DNA of 64,000 bases from a virus. Below are positions 11,501 to 21,700 of the stretch, in pieces (the stretch's first letter is position 1; each line of letters starts with the position of its first letter). The translations under genes and the position numbers were made by a program. The notes under the pieces were generated by a model. That model was given only the letters and a program-made list of their open reading frames with translations, ran no database searches and had not been told where the DNA came from. The stretch lies in the IMG/VR virus record IMGVR_UViG_3300025687_007517, positions 8,511 to 72,510 of that record; one strand, given 5' to 3'.

Positions 11501-13616
11501 CCTTCACTACAAAGCCAGCGTCATCGCCCAGAACAGTTGTACTTTCATCTGTTTCGGTAGTTACCGAGACGCCACGCACACCAAAAATGCTCGTTGTCGC
11601 TGTGGAGAAATCAATGTTACTATTGGTTCCCGGTTCTGGAACTTTGGGTAAGAAAACTTGACACTCATAAGTGTTAGCAAGCCTTGACTCAATCGAGTCT
11701 GCCGAACCAGAAGTACCTGAAATGAATGGAGTGCCTACTGTACCTGATAATGTCGGGTAAACAACCGCATCGTGATGTGAAGCGGTTGAGAAGTTTACAA
11801 AACGGAATTTCTCTTCGTAAAGCTCTCTCTTGTCGTCCAGTGTGATAATCGAATTGTCTTCATACAAAGACAGATTGATTAGCTCGTTATCCACGCCAAA
11901 ACAGCGTAGAGTATTACGAAGAGCTTCTGTAGTTCCCTTCATTTTAAAAATTTGGGAACTGTTGTTGTAGAGGTTTGAGTAAATTATTCTCTTTACCTCT
12001 TCAAGCTTAAACAGAAATTCGCCTCTGTCGCCTGCATTTAGAAGATTGGCGAGGATGTCTTCATCTTGAAGAATTCTATTTGTAATAAAACCCCTTGAGT
12101 TGAGAGCAATTTGAGAAAATTTTGTTTTTGCAATTTCGTCCTTGTAATAATCCATTGTTTGGATTTGTGGTAAAGTTTCTATCTCTAAGTAAAGCTCATC
12201 TAAAAATGAAGATAGGACTTGCGTGAACTTTTTTAATTCTTGTGAGTTACTAGCATCCTCTTCTACAATCCAGTTTGGAAGGGTGTTGTAGATGCTATTG
12301 TTATTGTACCTGTCGTAAACAGAACCCGACAAAACCTTTTCAGCGCGGTAATTTTTAACCAATGGGTGAAAAGAGTAAAGAATAGGGTCTTTAAATTCTC
12401 GGTCAGACAAACCAGAGAGAACAAAAGCCGAGTCGGTGCTTCTTGCCGTGGATACATATCCATTAAATGTTCCGTTGTTTAAACGACCAGAGTAATCTAA
12501 AATTGTGCTGTCAATAGAAGAAGTTTGTGTAATGCCTTCGTTAAATTTGAAATAGACGCCTAAATCTTGGTTTGATGAATCGGCGGTTGCGCCGCCATTT
12601 ACAGATTGTTTAACAAACGTTCCAATCTCTTTACCAGTTCTAGTGGTTCTCCAAAATCTAAAGTCATCAACAGAGCCAGAAAGTTTACCCCAGCCCAGGG
12701 CTGTGCCAGACGCGCCCGTCTGTTCCGTAACAAGAGCGCCAACAGCCCCGACAAAATTGCCGGTCACGGGATTAATATCGCCAACAATCTCCTGGCTTCC
12801 TTTGAAAACTCCGTCTAAATAAGAATCGACTACAAGTTCGTCACCATAAGTAAAATTCAAAGCAACATGGTGCCAATTTCCATCAACCAAGCTGGCTGAG
12901 GAAATTGATGTAAGTTGTGCTTCAGCGTGTACTGTGCCAGATGCGACAGACACGTTTAATACATTTGTAGAGGCTGTAAGCTCTACAGTAAAGCGAGCGT
13001 TTGAAGCTGCAATGCTGGAACTGTTCCAAATGTCAAGTACAACCTCTTTTTCCGTTAAAGATGGTAGAAACTCTGATTTATTAATCCAGAACTCAACGCA
13101 GTTGCCTGCGGAGTGACCAAAGCGCAAGTTGTAGGTAAATTTATTATCGTCTACAACATTTTTTACACGCAGACCCCCGTTAAATAAGATATATTGCTTT
13201 GTTTGTGGCTCGCCATATCCATCAACTAGAGATCCAGCAGCGGTGCCCCAGCCATCAGATGAAAAAACAACGTAACCATTAGTTCTTGGGTATTCGTTCT
13301 CAAGTATGTGATTTTCTAAAAATGAAGAGCTTAAAAGGTATCTTTCACGGTCTGTTGTTGTTCCATCATAAGGATAGAAGTCAATAATTCTATCAACAGC
13401 TTTGGCGTAATATTCCTCGGCTGAACCGTATCTAGCAAAGTTACTTGCACTTGCAAAATCAACGGGTGGAACGTATCTTTCTCTGTTTTGCTTCTTTAGA
13501 GCAACAGCTTCGCCACGGTCAAAGTCTTGTCCAAGGCTGTGTCTTGTTTGCTTGATTATTGGCTTTGATACTTTTTGCTTTGATTTAATTTGGTCAATGT
13601 ACTTTTTAAAACTCAT
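5538..13616 (-). CDS. Giant virion protein with LamG/concanavalin-A-like domains (baseplate/tail receptor-binding)
   Basis: 2692 aa; LamG-like signatures VEFWI, DGNWHHVAL, YLDG, GSVDDFRFW, YFKFNEG; KMKGT.EALRNTLRCFG resembles baseplate wedge/tail-I motifs. Confidence 0.75.
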   Translation of the reverse strand: MSFKKYIDQIKSKQKVSKPIIKQTRHSLGQDFDRGEAVALKKQNRERYVPPVDFASASNFARYGSAEEYYAKAVDRIIDFYPYDGTTTDRERYLLSSSFLENHILENEYPRTNGYVVFSSDGWGTAAGSLVDGYGEPQTKQYILFNGGLRVKNVVDDNKFTYNLRFGHSAGNCVEFWINKSEFLPSLTEKEVVLDIWNSSSIAASNARFTVELTASTNVLNVSVASGTVHAEAQLTSISSASLVDGNWHHVALNFTYGDELVVDSYLDGVFKGSQEIVGDINPVTGNFVGAVGALVTEQTGASGTALGWGKLSGSVDDFRFWRTTRTGKEIGTFVKQSVNGGATADSSNQDLGVYFKFNEGITQTSSIDSTILDYSGRLNNGTFNGYVSTARSTDSAFVLSGLSDREFKDPILYSFHPLVKNYRAEKVLSGSVYDRYNNNSIYNTLPNWIVEEDASNSQELKKFTQVLSSFLDELYLEIETLPQIQTMDYYKDEIAKTKFSQIALNSRGFITNRILQDEDILANLLNAGDRGEFLFKLEEVKRIIYSNLYNNSSQIFKMKGTTEALRNTLRCFGVDNELINLSLYEDNSIITLDDKRELYEEKFRFVNFSTASHHDAVVYPTLSGTVGTPFISGTSGSADSIESRLANTYECQVFLPKVPEPGTNSNIDFSTATTSIFGVRGVSVTTETDESTTVLGDDAGFVVKAVRNNLIDKKVKFVLTSSNASMTGDYTLPELETEFFDDSYDNESWNLAVTIKPVGYGLADLNNSLQTGANSYVVNFRGYNTEDQIVLNSFNLTASIHSDRGIKMLSQNRKPFYGALRDNLTGSVVLNSDVNVGFFRVWLDDLDNNELISHAKDPRNFGRTEPYKNFLPLASQFSGSYVPKINSLVLNVGTDLLSTSDASGEFSLPDLSSGSYKTVGNSYLDTVLGGLYQFGGKEFDPSSTNVFETRYFTVGKNTNPENFGDLTGVNILTEDDKATKSILKAKLAYFTIEKSLQYAIDQDILSFFSSIDGFNELIGDPVNKYRMEYKELKKLGTRYFSTVQTKRTIASFFEYYKWLDNSINEILINLLPASLNGSDQIYNVIESHVLERNKYQHKLPTIEFKTPDLEGTATGSNLPFEWKFFHKPLSGEERDNCLWWKYRAERNNDTFDSTLPTGTLEARETIRQVVNQTQARKQTSPITEKISKSKSLHGGINFTDNKKLDFYKGVLFKTTGGTNFSDIQIPSSGVKTPKDCDDDLDLVDKRKLAAQAQADGEDYKFDLVVPGNLVSQSVSTDSYVSNTYNDNNPSHIITNIHHDVFGPDSEQPLQGTFTSQRVGGFKSRKVRLTDTGDRPERFRFNLTNANSMSLENVRRQEGYDAPVDQFYQDPPVRAPVNIKNIKTTGSALGNFAFNYEVVQTAGKSFNNFKKADALGLSDTLDSPYVSGVIDYSIFTGANSDSVIVTRFNAPGGPETNGGGLDPINREFSVYNELNNRNLIVRQAFQSLLTIPSSFGGFESGSNDLSASIHKVQRNGRKQIEYSSGENTFTASVFDNGFITNNIPARDFGYSWISYAAPTSSNLVALVGFASSSSDISFFTSTLRDFEASTDYEINFAGYVTPGEFSIYGGYHYDLDGDFLVTAPANYTSVASLADNIDIYFLNVVGNGPSGWNTWRQIRSERNPITRHLKKNNIYSQKLDRIESVKESGVLTAKDGTRLVAVEPALANYNPVLIAADLTDDSVKNSTLFAISHNSEKQYLFDKKISDVVLSQAQQTNKSSFDKFYDFYNLPYQNVLTEGDILFSKYSHQIFPLQRYSYLKNSLLRGEFIQTWRSSREDRSLIRLYDDTPTTETFKDNTVRTTANEMGFNLLYAGPDATASIALGDQVGPSVSPLDTTKFNDTSTNRAARLNLSNLTQSLSGKKYVNLRSDPLPTSSSPTASYDQVAADNVSYGILRDPKNVLNRFIVNVPSGDVTASFDDPGIGDFPSHVYGPLLEMPYQEVLSDTFNISFYEDWSAATETRNPAYYDNHLLFSEFVKVVGKDHSLVPEYRISEHIDAIYSGGNSLESEAVNSLEITGSSAATENIFRFFDGDLALNYKDFSDKMAPNKVPSKFRLKIDAITKLLPYKGFYPAERTVQLAQIFSSSYSDSVALTGNEPTFRTMMQPLFMPGILFNSIKAAIAMPYGIFTGSIETGIANTDYKSQILIGDATGSFVRIPFEELLTYDKIKEAGRIVDMYTHASMSMDSTASFSNTLPPQPQLAMSNFLASTIEFCLEDNTLTTAYSKEEKDLPVAYKTRTYGVEIALSISTSSINSNYVPWRFDTTLDGWGPVVSGSGRPGSDLDDPTDRLWAPGWAFGSSSIFLEWSPQETIKYTISEIQNQVTATFGNSVYENIEFTSFITNNVSNLSESINFLGQAEVKQSEVDPKTGLPIKVIDPLGTNKNVWAVQPKWETPFLVGDGFLWKDYLEIPGSNVQFQISFKDRAGQESLKDFLGFPDTIELGKPSKKTDIEEALVCIPYKILPNGDRQFFNIPRDKFNFLVEQSKIKNEPNEWSELDKLLDKYVFPPRFDFKKNLGILPLGMLIKEFSVTLTEKDIEKYWQNLGPSLLQQFDVQSEYVEFDIENTEMFTNWNRYPIKWHIFKVKKRAKGNYFAMTVDNPLKTDFAFDAAPSFKGTKYTTEDFTYNYPYDFCSVIETAKVTAEVDFVDKTET

Positions 13617-15059
13617 CTAGTCAACCCTAAAAACAATGTTATCTTCTTGCTCAATAAAACTTAAATCTTTTTTCACGACAAACGAAGCGCGGTATTTGTA
13701 CCCTGCTTCAAATTGTGAAAAGTCAAGCTCAAAATAGTTGCCTTCGCCATCGTAAGATGTTTTTGTGAAAGCATTGTTTCCTGAACCTGTTCCATACGGT
13801 ATGAACTCCAAGTCATCGCTAACCCTTGTTATTTTATAATAAAGGTCTTCGATTATTGTAGAACTGGCGGTTTCAGTTCCGTCTGGATAAATAGTTGGCG
13901 ACCAATCTTTTGGTCTAACATAAAGTTTTATTCTCGCTTTCTCGGCGGTTGAATAAGATTGTTTTACATTTGCGGGTAAAATTACAAAGTCGTCAAAATC
14001 ACGATTGTCTAGTGAGTCAAATGTAAGAACACTCACAGCAGAGCCTGTGGCATACTCTACCGAACCAGAGTGCCAAACTGGGAAAACAGTTGTAATAGAG
14101 CTTGAGGCATAAGCAAATGAGGCTGAATAAATGCCAGTTGATACATATGAGCCAGTAACATTTGTGTCACCGTCAGCAACAACTCCACCACCAGTTGGTA
14201 ATTTGAGCTTTGAGCCTGCTGGTGCAGTTGTACCAGAATAAATGCTCAATAAAATTTTACCAGTGCCCACGTCTGGAAGGTTTTGCAGTTGTCCATTTAT
14301 GTAATTGTAAAGATAAAGATTGTTTAGGTTATCTGCTGCTGGGGCTAGTGCTGAACTAAGATAGAACGTTGAAGCGTTGTCTTTCTTTGCGTCGTCGTAT
14401 CTAGACTCCAATACGGGTCTTTTAATAACGTATTCACTTGTTCTGCTGTAAAAGCGTTTTGTGTAATAAGACGCTGAAACGTCCTCTTGGCTTGAGGTTA
14501 GGAAAATGCCAAAACCATAATTTGTTTTTGTTCCCTCCAACCATTCATTAACGAGTGGGGTAACATCAACCTCTATGTCTTCCTCGCCAGTAGTGAAAGA
14601 AGCTGTGAATCTTGGTGTAGCGTGGTAATCACCACCGGCAGTTGTCCAAGCAACTCCAGAGGACGCGCTTTCCCAGTTCGACACACCCGTGTAATCCTTG
14701 TTTGCAAGGTCCGGTCCTGTGCCCTCTGTCCAAGAACGAGACACAGCCGCAATAACTAGGGTGAAATCTTTTGGAGGCGTCTCAGGCTGTTCTGCGGAGA
14801 ATAATCTTAAAACAAAGTTTGAACCACTTTCAATAGTTCCGTCATCGATGTTTCCTGAGATTGTTGAGATGGGAAACTCAATAAGAATTCTTGAGTTCTC
14901 ATTTAAGGAAGCGGAGGGACTGTTTTGCCCATAAATAGAAAACACTTCCACCGAATCAGCTAAACCGGCGTTTGTGCCGGTGAGCCTATTATCAAACACT
15001 TCGCCAAAAGCATTTGTAATGGTGTTGTCTTTTGTTGCTACATACTTCTTTACTGCCAT
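13617..15059 (-). CDS. Virion protein with DNRLRE-like beta-sandwich domain (paralog 2)
   Basis: 480 aa; WTTAGGD, IEVDVTPLVNEW..NYGF, FYSR..RPVLE motifs; clear paralog of 15059..16522. Confidence 0.65.
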   Translation of the reverse strand: MAVKKYVATKDNTITNAFGEVFDNRLTGTNAGLADSVEVFSIYGQNSPSASLNENSRILIEFPISTISGNIDDGTIESGSNFVLRLFSAEQPETPPKDFTLVIAAVSRSWTEGTGPDLANKDYTGVSNWESASSGVAWTTAGGDYHATPRFTASFTTGEEDIEVDVTPLVNEWLEGTKTNYGFGIFLTSSQEDVSASYYTKRFYSRTSEYVIKRPVLESRYDDAKKDNASTFYLSSALAPAADNLNNLYLYNYINGQLQNLPDVGTGKILLSIYSGTTAPAGSKLKLPTGGGVVADGDTNVTGSYVSTGIYSASFAYASSSITTVFPVWHSGSVEYATGSAVSVLTFDSLDNRDFDDFVILPANVKQSYSTAEKARIKLYVRPKDWSPTIYPDGTETASSTIIEDLYYKITRVSDDLEFIPYGTGSGNNAFTKTSYDGEGNYFELDFSQFEAGYKYRASFVVKKDLSFIEQEDNIVFRVD

Positions 15060-16522
15060 TACACTACCCTAAACTTAAACTTTTGTCTCTGCTCGCGGTA
15101 TTGACCGTCTTCTTCAAACAAGAACTTGATTACATAATCTTCTTCTTTTGGGAAAACAGAGAAATCCAAGTCAAAGTAATTACCTTTGGAATCGTAAGAA
15201 AGTCTTGTGTATTCGTTGTTTCCTGAGCCTGTGCCGTAGCTAATAATTTCAAAGTTATCTCTTTCTCGGTAAATCTTGTAGTAGGCTTTGCTGATTATTG
15301 TAGCTTCAAGTGTGGATTGCGTTGTTGTGTAGATTGTTGGAGACACAGAAGGGTCTCTTACATACAATCGTAGCCTGCTCACTTGATTTTGCAAGTATTC
15401 TTCTTTGAGGTTGGTTATTGATAAGAAGTATTTCTTTATTCTTCTCGCACCAACCGTGCCACGAGCTTGGGGCTCTATTGCTGAGCCTGTATGGTATTCC
15501 ACTGAACCAGAGTGCCAAACAGGATAAATGTATTCTAGTGAGCTTGAATTAAAAGCAACCGACACCGAGTAGATACCGGGAGACACATAAGAACCTGTGG
15601 CGTTTGTATCACCGTCTGTTACAACTCCACCACCAGCAGGCAAGCCCAGCTTTGAACCAGAAGGCGTGGTTGAAGAGCCAGAGTAAAAGCTGACAAGAAT
15701 GTCGTTTGTTCCAACTGCGGGAATGTTTTTAAGGTTGCCCCTTATTTGGTTGTAAAGATAGATTGTGTTGAGGTTGTCTGTTGAACTAGCTCTTGAAGAA
15801 CTCAAAAAGAAGTTGCCTGTATCGTCTTGAAGTGAGTTATTCCAACGTGCTTCTAGTTGTGGTCTGTATGCTTCATCGTTGTATTCGCGAGAATAAAATA
15901 CCTTCTTGTAGTAGGACTGTGCTGCTGCTTCTTGTGAAGAGGTTAAGTAAATGCCAAGACCATAGTCTACAGTTCCATCTGTTATAATACTTTCAACATA
16001 AGGGGTAACGTCTAATAAAATGTCTTCATCGGCAACTGTAAAGTCTTGCTCAAAAAGAGGAGAGGCGCGGAAGTCGCCACCGGCTGTGGTCCAAGTAACC
16101 TCTGGGGAAGAAGAGGCTGTTAACCAGTTTGAACCAACTAGATTTGTACCCTCTTCATCAAAACTTTTTCCCCTGCCCTCATTCCAATCTCGACTTATGG
16201 GTGCGACCACCAAAGTAAAAGAAGTGGGACTTGTTGTTGTTTCGGGGTAGTTCTTTAGTTTGAGGTAAAACGACACACTACCGGATGCAGGAATGTCACC
16301 ATTGGAGCGGTCTGTGCTTGTCTGTGAGAGGTCAAATTGAACAATAGCCCTAGACTTCTCGTTATCATCTGTCGAGGCTGTGACGGTGTTGTAGAGAGAA
16401 AAAATTTGAAGACTGTCTGTTAGTCCGTAGTTTAAATTACTAACACGTCGAGTGTTGCTGTATTCTCGATAAGCATTTGAAATAGTGTTGTCTTTTGTTG
16501 CATAGTATTTTTTAATGCTCAT
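15059..16522 (-). CDS. Virion protein with DNRLRE-like beta-sandwich domain (paralog 1)
   Basis: 487 aa; WTTAGGD, LDVTPYVE, FYSRE..RPQLE; shares long blocks with the downstream paralog. Confidence 0.65.
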   Translation of the reverse strand: MSIKKYYATKDNTISNAYREYSNTRRVSNLNYGLTDSLQIFSLYNTVTASTDDNEKSRAIVQFDLSQTSTDRSNGDIPASGSVSFYLKLKNYPETTTSPTSFTLVVAPISRDWNEGRGKSFDEEGTNLVGSNWLTASSSPEVTWTTAGGDFRASPLFEQDFTVADEDILLDVTPYVESIITDGTVDYGLGIYLTSSQEAAAQSYYKKVFYSREYNDEAYRPQLEARWNNSLQDDTGNFFLSSSRASSTDNLNTIYLYNQIRGNLKNIPAVGTNDILVSFYSGSSTTPSGSKLGLPAGGGVVTDGDTNATGSYVSPGIYSVSVAFNSSSLEYIYPVWHSGSVEYHTGSAIEPQARGTVGARRIKKYFLSITNLKEEYLQNQVSRLRLYVRDPSVSPTIYTTTQSTLEATIISKAYYKIYRERDNFEIISYGTGSGNNEYTRLSYDSKGNYFDLDFSVFPKEEDYVIKFLFEEDGQYREQRQKFKFRVV

Positions 16523-18315
16523 TACAGAACTGTTCCAATTAAGTCTCTATCAAAGTATTTTACTTCAAACACATGGTCTTCTAACTGAAGCAAACGTGTA
16601 CCATCAGCAGAAAGGCTTTCTGGAATGCTAAACGTTGTGGTGGCGTAGAGACCTCCAGATTGCACGGTTGCAAATACCTCTACTACATCTAAAACACCTT
16701 CCGCGTCTTTTAACTCGCGGAAGAAATCATTATAAAAGATTGGCTCGCCAATGTCATACTTCACCGAGAGCATTGTCTCTAGTTTTTTATTACAAGCCTC
16801 AATAACATCAAACTTGTTTGTTTTCTCGTCTCCAACCACTGTAAAGTTGATTGCAACATTGACAATCTTTGCATCAAGAATGTCAACGGTATCTGAAATC
16901 ATTTTGTGGCGAGCAAGATAAGTTTGAATGTTCTTTTTTATTGTTGTATTTGTCTCTGTGAAATTGCCGTTTTGGTCTTCGCTAATAACATAAAGGTTAA
17001 TATTCTTTTTGAATGAATCCTTGTCCTGAGCAGCACGAACTCTTTTTACTGCTCCAAACTGTGAAGGCATTGCGTAACAAAGAGACTCGTAATCTTGTTT
17101 TGTAACTGCGCGGCGTTGAGAGTTAACAAAAGAAACTGCTCTGACCCTTAGCTCGTCTGCATCGGGCACATTAACAGAACCAACAATTGATTCATCGTTA
17201 GAACAAGCAATACTGTCTCTGACTGCATTCTCCGTTGTAACTTGGTTGCTTGTTCCTGGGAATACAAGTTTAAAATCCGATACTGTGTTGATTTGACCTT
17301 GGCTTGCATTTGGATTTAAGCTTGAGTTCTTTAAATACACGATTGTTAGTGTTGTATTTGCGGGGGCTATGCCAAATTTATCATTTTGGATTAAGTTTGA
17401 GGGGTCAAACGTAGTTGAGGAAATATAAGGTCTCCCAAATTTTTGCACCGCAATGTTTTGAGGTCTTGCATACAAATCCTCTGACAAATTCTGGTCTGAA
17501 CCAAAACCAAATTGCAAAGTACAGTTCTCACTATTCTTTTCTGTTGTAAATCTTCTGGCTACTAGAACCGGCTTCATAATCGAAGGAACTTTGTCATTTG
17601 GAGCGTTTTTATTTTTTAATTCTTTGTAAACAACATTTTGACTTAGATGATCGACTTCAAAGTATTCATTACCCTCCGAGTCAAGAACACTAATAATTTC
17701 TGTTATAAACTCATCGTCGATTGAGACTTTTCTAAATCTCTCAAAATCACCAACTTCGATTTCAACTGTTTCTGCTTGACCAGACACAACCTGCCCAACA
17801 GCACGCACAGCGTAAAAGCTTGGCAAACCAGTTGTTGAATCAACAATAGCCACTTCGCGTTGGTTGTTTGGGTCTTCAAAGTTTATGTCTTCTGTTAAGA
17901 TAAACGAAGAACCATCTTCAGTTGTTACAATTGCTCCCTTTTTAATTGTTGGAGCATAATTTGTGTTAATTGAGGTTGGGTCTGAAGTTAAAGCTGGAAT
18001 TGTTGCGAAAAAGGAAACCAAACCTTGTGATGAGTAGTTGTATTCAAACTTGAAACCAAGAGTTTTTGCAATTCTTACAATGTTATCAAATTCGTTAGCT
18101 GTATCTAAAAATGCCTCGTTAGCTTGGTAATCCAAGTAAAAAGAAAGAATGTCACCAATGTAAGCAACATAATCAGTCATCAAAGCGCCGAAGCCTGCGT
18201 CCTGAAAGTCTTTGTAAGTATCGGGGTAGTATCTTTGGGCGTAGTTGATTAGAGATTGTTTGATGGTATCAAAATCTCGGTCTGTGTATTTGATTACATT
18301 ATTTTTCTTGGGCAT
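16522..18315 (-). CDS. Baseplate wedge subunit (T4 gp6 / baseplate J-like)
   Basis: YTDRDFDTIKQSL, LSFYLDYQANEAFLDTA, QRRAVTKQDYE motifs; follows a gp25-like gene. Confidence 0.9.
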   Translation of the reverse strand: MPKKNNVIKYTDRDFDTIKQSLINYAQRYYPDTYKDFQDAGFGALMTDYVAYIGDILSFYLDYQANEAFLDTANEFDNIVRIAKTLGFKFEYNYSSQGLVSFFATIPALTSDPTSINTNYAPTIKKGAIVTTEDGSSFILTEDINFEDPNNQREVAIVDSTTGLPSFYAVRAVGQVVSGQAETVEIEVGDFERFRKVSIDDEFITEIISVLDSEGNEYFEVDHLSQNVVYKELKNKNAPNDKVPSIMKPVLVARRFTTEKNSENCTLQFGFGSDQNLSEDLYARPQNIAVQKFGRPYISSTTFDPSNLIQNDKFGIAPANTTLTIVYLKNSSLNPNASQGQINTVSDFKLVFPGTSNQVTTENAVRDSIACSNDESIVGSVNVPDADELRVRAVSFVNSQRRAVTKQDYESLCYAMPSQFGAVKRVRAAQDKDSFKKNINLYVISEDQNGNFTETNTTIKKNIQTYLARHKMISDTVDILDAKIVNVAINFTVVGDEKTNKFDVIEACNKKLETMLSVKYDIGEPIFYNDFFRELKDAEGVLDVVEVFATVQSGGLYATTTFSIPESLSADGTRLLQLEDHVFEVKYFDRDLIGTVL

Positions 18316-18336
18316 TGCTGCTTCCTCTCCAACTAA

Positions 18337-18702
18337 TTAGTTTTGGATTTTAATTTCTATATTATCTTGCAAGTTGTATGGGTCATACACATAAAATACC
18401 TTGACCAATAAAAAGTTGTCTCTAATCTCTGTTTCAACGTTTAGAAGAGTAACATCAGGGAGGTATTCCTCAAATTGTGAATCGATTCTCTGTTCTAGCT
18501 GTGGTGGCAACTGTCCATCCAATGCATTTTCAAACAAGAAGTCTCTCAAGCCAACGCCAAAGTCTGAAATCATAACTCTTTCGCCGGGGGCTGTTAGCAG
18601 CACGTTTTTGACGTTTTGCTTGATAAATTCCTTTACTTCGTCAATTGTTACAAACGTATTTGACTTTGATTTTGCTAACGGTAGTTGTACTGTAAATGAC
18701 AT
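18337..18702 (-). CDS. Baseplate wedge subunit gp25-like (GPW/gp25)
   Basis: IKQNVKNVLLTAPGERVMISDFGVGLRDFLFE is the canonical gp25 motif. Confidence 0.92.
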   Translation of the reverse strand: MSFTVQLPLAKSKSNTFVTIDEVKEFIKQNVKNVLLTAPGERVMISDFGVGLRDFLFENALDGQLPPQLEQRIDSQFEEYLPDVTLLNVETEIRDNFLLVKVFYVYDPYNLQDNIEIKIQN

Positions 18703-18716
18703 AAATTATCTCCAAA

Positions 18717-21700
18717 CTAAATATCACACTTCAAGTCCAAAATGGCTAAAGATTTCTCTGGGTCTATTTCAGCTATTTCGGCTTGCAGTTTTTTAGCTTC
18801 TGGTGACTCTGGGTCAAGCCCACTTAAAATTTCTTCCTTTGTTTTCTTCTTGAGCCATTCAAAGAACTCATCTGGGAATCCTAGTCCTAGAGACTGTGCT
18901 AACATGATAAGAAAATATATGGCAGGGTTGGCAGCATACACAATAGACAACAAGAGTGCCTTAACTGCTTCAATAACCATTTTTGGAATCATAATTAAAA
19001 GCAGCAGCCATAATGAAAATGATTTTGATTTGAACACGGTCTTTGGGTCTTGTGCTTTTTCAAAAGCTTTAAACGCATCCCCTAGCGCAGTCTTATCAAC
19101 ACCCAGCGGTTGTACCCCACCTGTGAATCTACGCATAATCGCAGGCTTCAAGGTAAAGAAGAACTTCTTATTGGATGGCACAAAAGACTTTTCAACTATT
19201 AAGTTCAATAAAACGTCATTAAAAAAGTCTTCTTTAAAAGCATCAAAGATGTTGATGCCTTTATCGATCTTAAGAACGCCACTATCTAACAGTTTTTTTG
19301 GCAGTTTTTCTAGCTGTCCTTTCTCTGGGTTATCAACGTATTCTTTAATTACTTCGTCTGGTATGCTTGCTTGCCCAACAAGGCTGACGGTATCTTTAGC
19401 AAGAATAATGTTATCATACACAAAGACTGTTTCAAAGTTGCCAGACGAAGTTGTAGCAAAGAAGTTTTTGTAAAATTCAACATCAGAAACTTTTAGTTGT
19501 AGCGACTCTTCAGCAATGCGGAGCGTCTTAACCACAAGAACTACAAATCTAGCATAATCGTCTAAGGATTTAAATTTCACCGGAGCTTGGTCAATCAAGA
19601 AGCTCTTGATTTTTGTTTTTTCGGAATCCGTGGCAAATAAAAACGCAGATTTGTCAATAACAACATCTGTGATGATCTTTTTTATTGCAGCGGTGGGCAG
19701 GTCGGCGTCCGTTGCTTTTTTAAGCGCCGAGTTAAACGCTGAATACCAGGCATCGATAGCATTATTGTTTTTAACTTCAAATAGGGCGTTTGGGGCTGGA
19801 TTTGTTGTTTTCTTAATTTTCTTTTTTAGTATCTCGCTAATGCTTAAAGTGTCTTTGACAGCAGGAGATGAAGCCTCTGACAACAATTTTATCTCTTGCT
19901 CAACCAAGTCCTGAACTGTTAAACCAGCCTCACACAAAATGTTTCTAACTGGAATCTCGACAAAGTATTTTTCCGCAGCCTTTTCAATTTGATTTGAAAT
20001 TTGACCAACCAAAATTTTTGTAGCGCCAATCAACGCTGTTGCTTGTTCCTCTGGTAGTATTAAAAGTGCTGATGTAAAGTTTGGGTACAACTCAATCATC
20101 TGTGTGTAAGCAAAAATACGCAAGGCTTCAATACTAGCCTCTTTTGACGGGTCTGTTGAGTAGGCAACGGACTGCTCTCTGTTCTTGCTGTATTCACAGA
20201 GTTCTTCTTTAACTCTTCCTCTGCGTGGCAAACGATAGAACTTCACAACATCTAAAACAGTTTTGTCTTTTATTGAGTTGTTAAAGTTTGTCAAAAACTC
20301 ATTAAACACGTCTTTTAAGATAGACTTATAAACATCTAGGGTGCCCTTTGGCGTGTTGAATGTACCAAATTGATTTTTAAAGTATTTTCTTTCCACAGGG
20401 TCAGTGCTATCCTGTCCCTCGATTGACTCACCTAAAATAGCCAGTGGTGTTTTCCCATTGTTTGTTGTAACACCCTTGTTTGGGAGGTTGTATTTGTTAA
20501 ATGTTTCGATTTTGTAGCTGCCATCACCCTCGATAATAATTGAGTCAAACAGTAGACCACCAAAAAACCTAACCCTGTTTCCAACTCTGTTTCCGTTGTC
20601 AATCAGGTCTGGTGCAATTGAAAGCTCTGGTATGTTATCTGGCTTTACTTTAGTTAATATTAGCTCTGTTCCAAAGTCAATTGTGTCGTCGGTCTTGCCG
20701 TCCGGTGGTTCAATACCAATATCCTCAAGGGCTTTTGTCAGATCAGGGTCTTTTTCTTTTTGAATTTTGGTCAATCCTTTATCTATGTTAGCAATGTCGT
20801 CGTCAAAATTAATCTCGTACTGGTAAAGGGCTTCTTGAGCCTGACGATACGCTTCGTTTAATAAGCCACTAAAATCAATGTCTGGTAGTAAATTATTTAT
20901 TGCGTCCTCGGACAAAAGATTGGCTAAATCATCAACCGTTATTTGCGGCACATCAGGATCACCATAACCAGCGGGTACTTTTGCCGCTGTTGGGTCGTCT
21001 GTTTTTGTATCACAATAGTCTGCTGTTGGGTTGACGTTTGGCTCTGCTTCATTTACCACTTTGCAAAAGGCTGTTCCAGTTTGAAGACCTAGTTGGTAGA
21101 AATAGTTTGCGTAAGAATAAAGGTCGTCAAAAAATGTATCTACTTTTGTTTGCTCGGCAAATGACTGAAGTTGTAGAAGCAATAATGGCTCGGCTTGTCC
21201 TTCTAGTAGCCTGCACATCTCTTTGCCGGTCAAGCTAGAAAATGTCAAGTTGATAAAACTTTGAAACGACACGGAGTCGTTCCCAGTAAATTCTTTTCCT
21301 AGAGAAGTCGCTGCTGTGTTTTGAAAAGCAATAGGGTCTTCAAAGAGGTCTTGAGGTTGAACTGAACCGTAGTCAAAATCACCTTCGGGTTCATTACTGG
21401 CTAGCGCTAGGAGGCACTGTTGGACTAGAGTGTTAATGAACTGTCGTCCAAGCTCCAGCAAAAGACTGTCTACCTGCTTTTTTAGTTCTTTGGTAACCGT
21501 GCCCATGGGTTTTGACGAAGACTTGTTTTTCCATAGTTTTTGTATCTGGTTGTAAAAATTTTCGTATTTGTCAAACTCTACACCAAATGATTTATAGTTT
21601 TTTGTTAGTTCCTCTAGTTGTTCTGCGAGTGCCCTGGCTAAAGAAAGATATCCTTGTGCTTTCAATCCCTCAATTAAAAGAGCCGCTCCACACTCAATCA

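Noticed and set aside
13617-16522. Diversity-generating retroelement TR/VR pair
   Set aside because: Similarity is whole-gene paralogy, mismatches are not adenine-specific, and no reverse transcriptase is in the window
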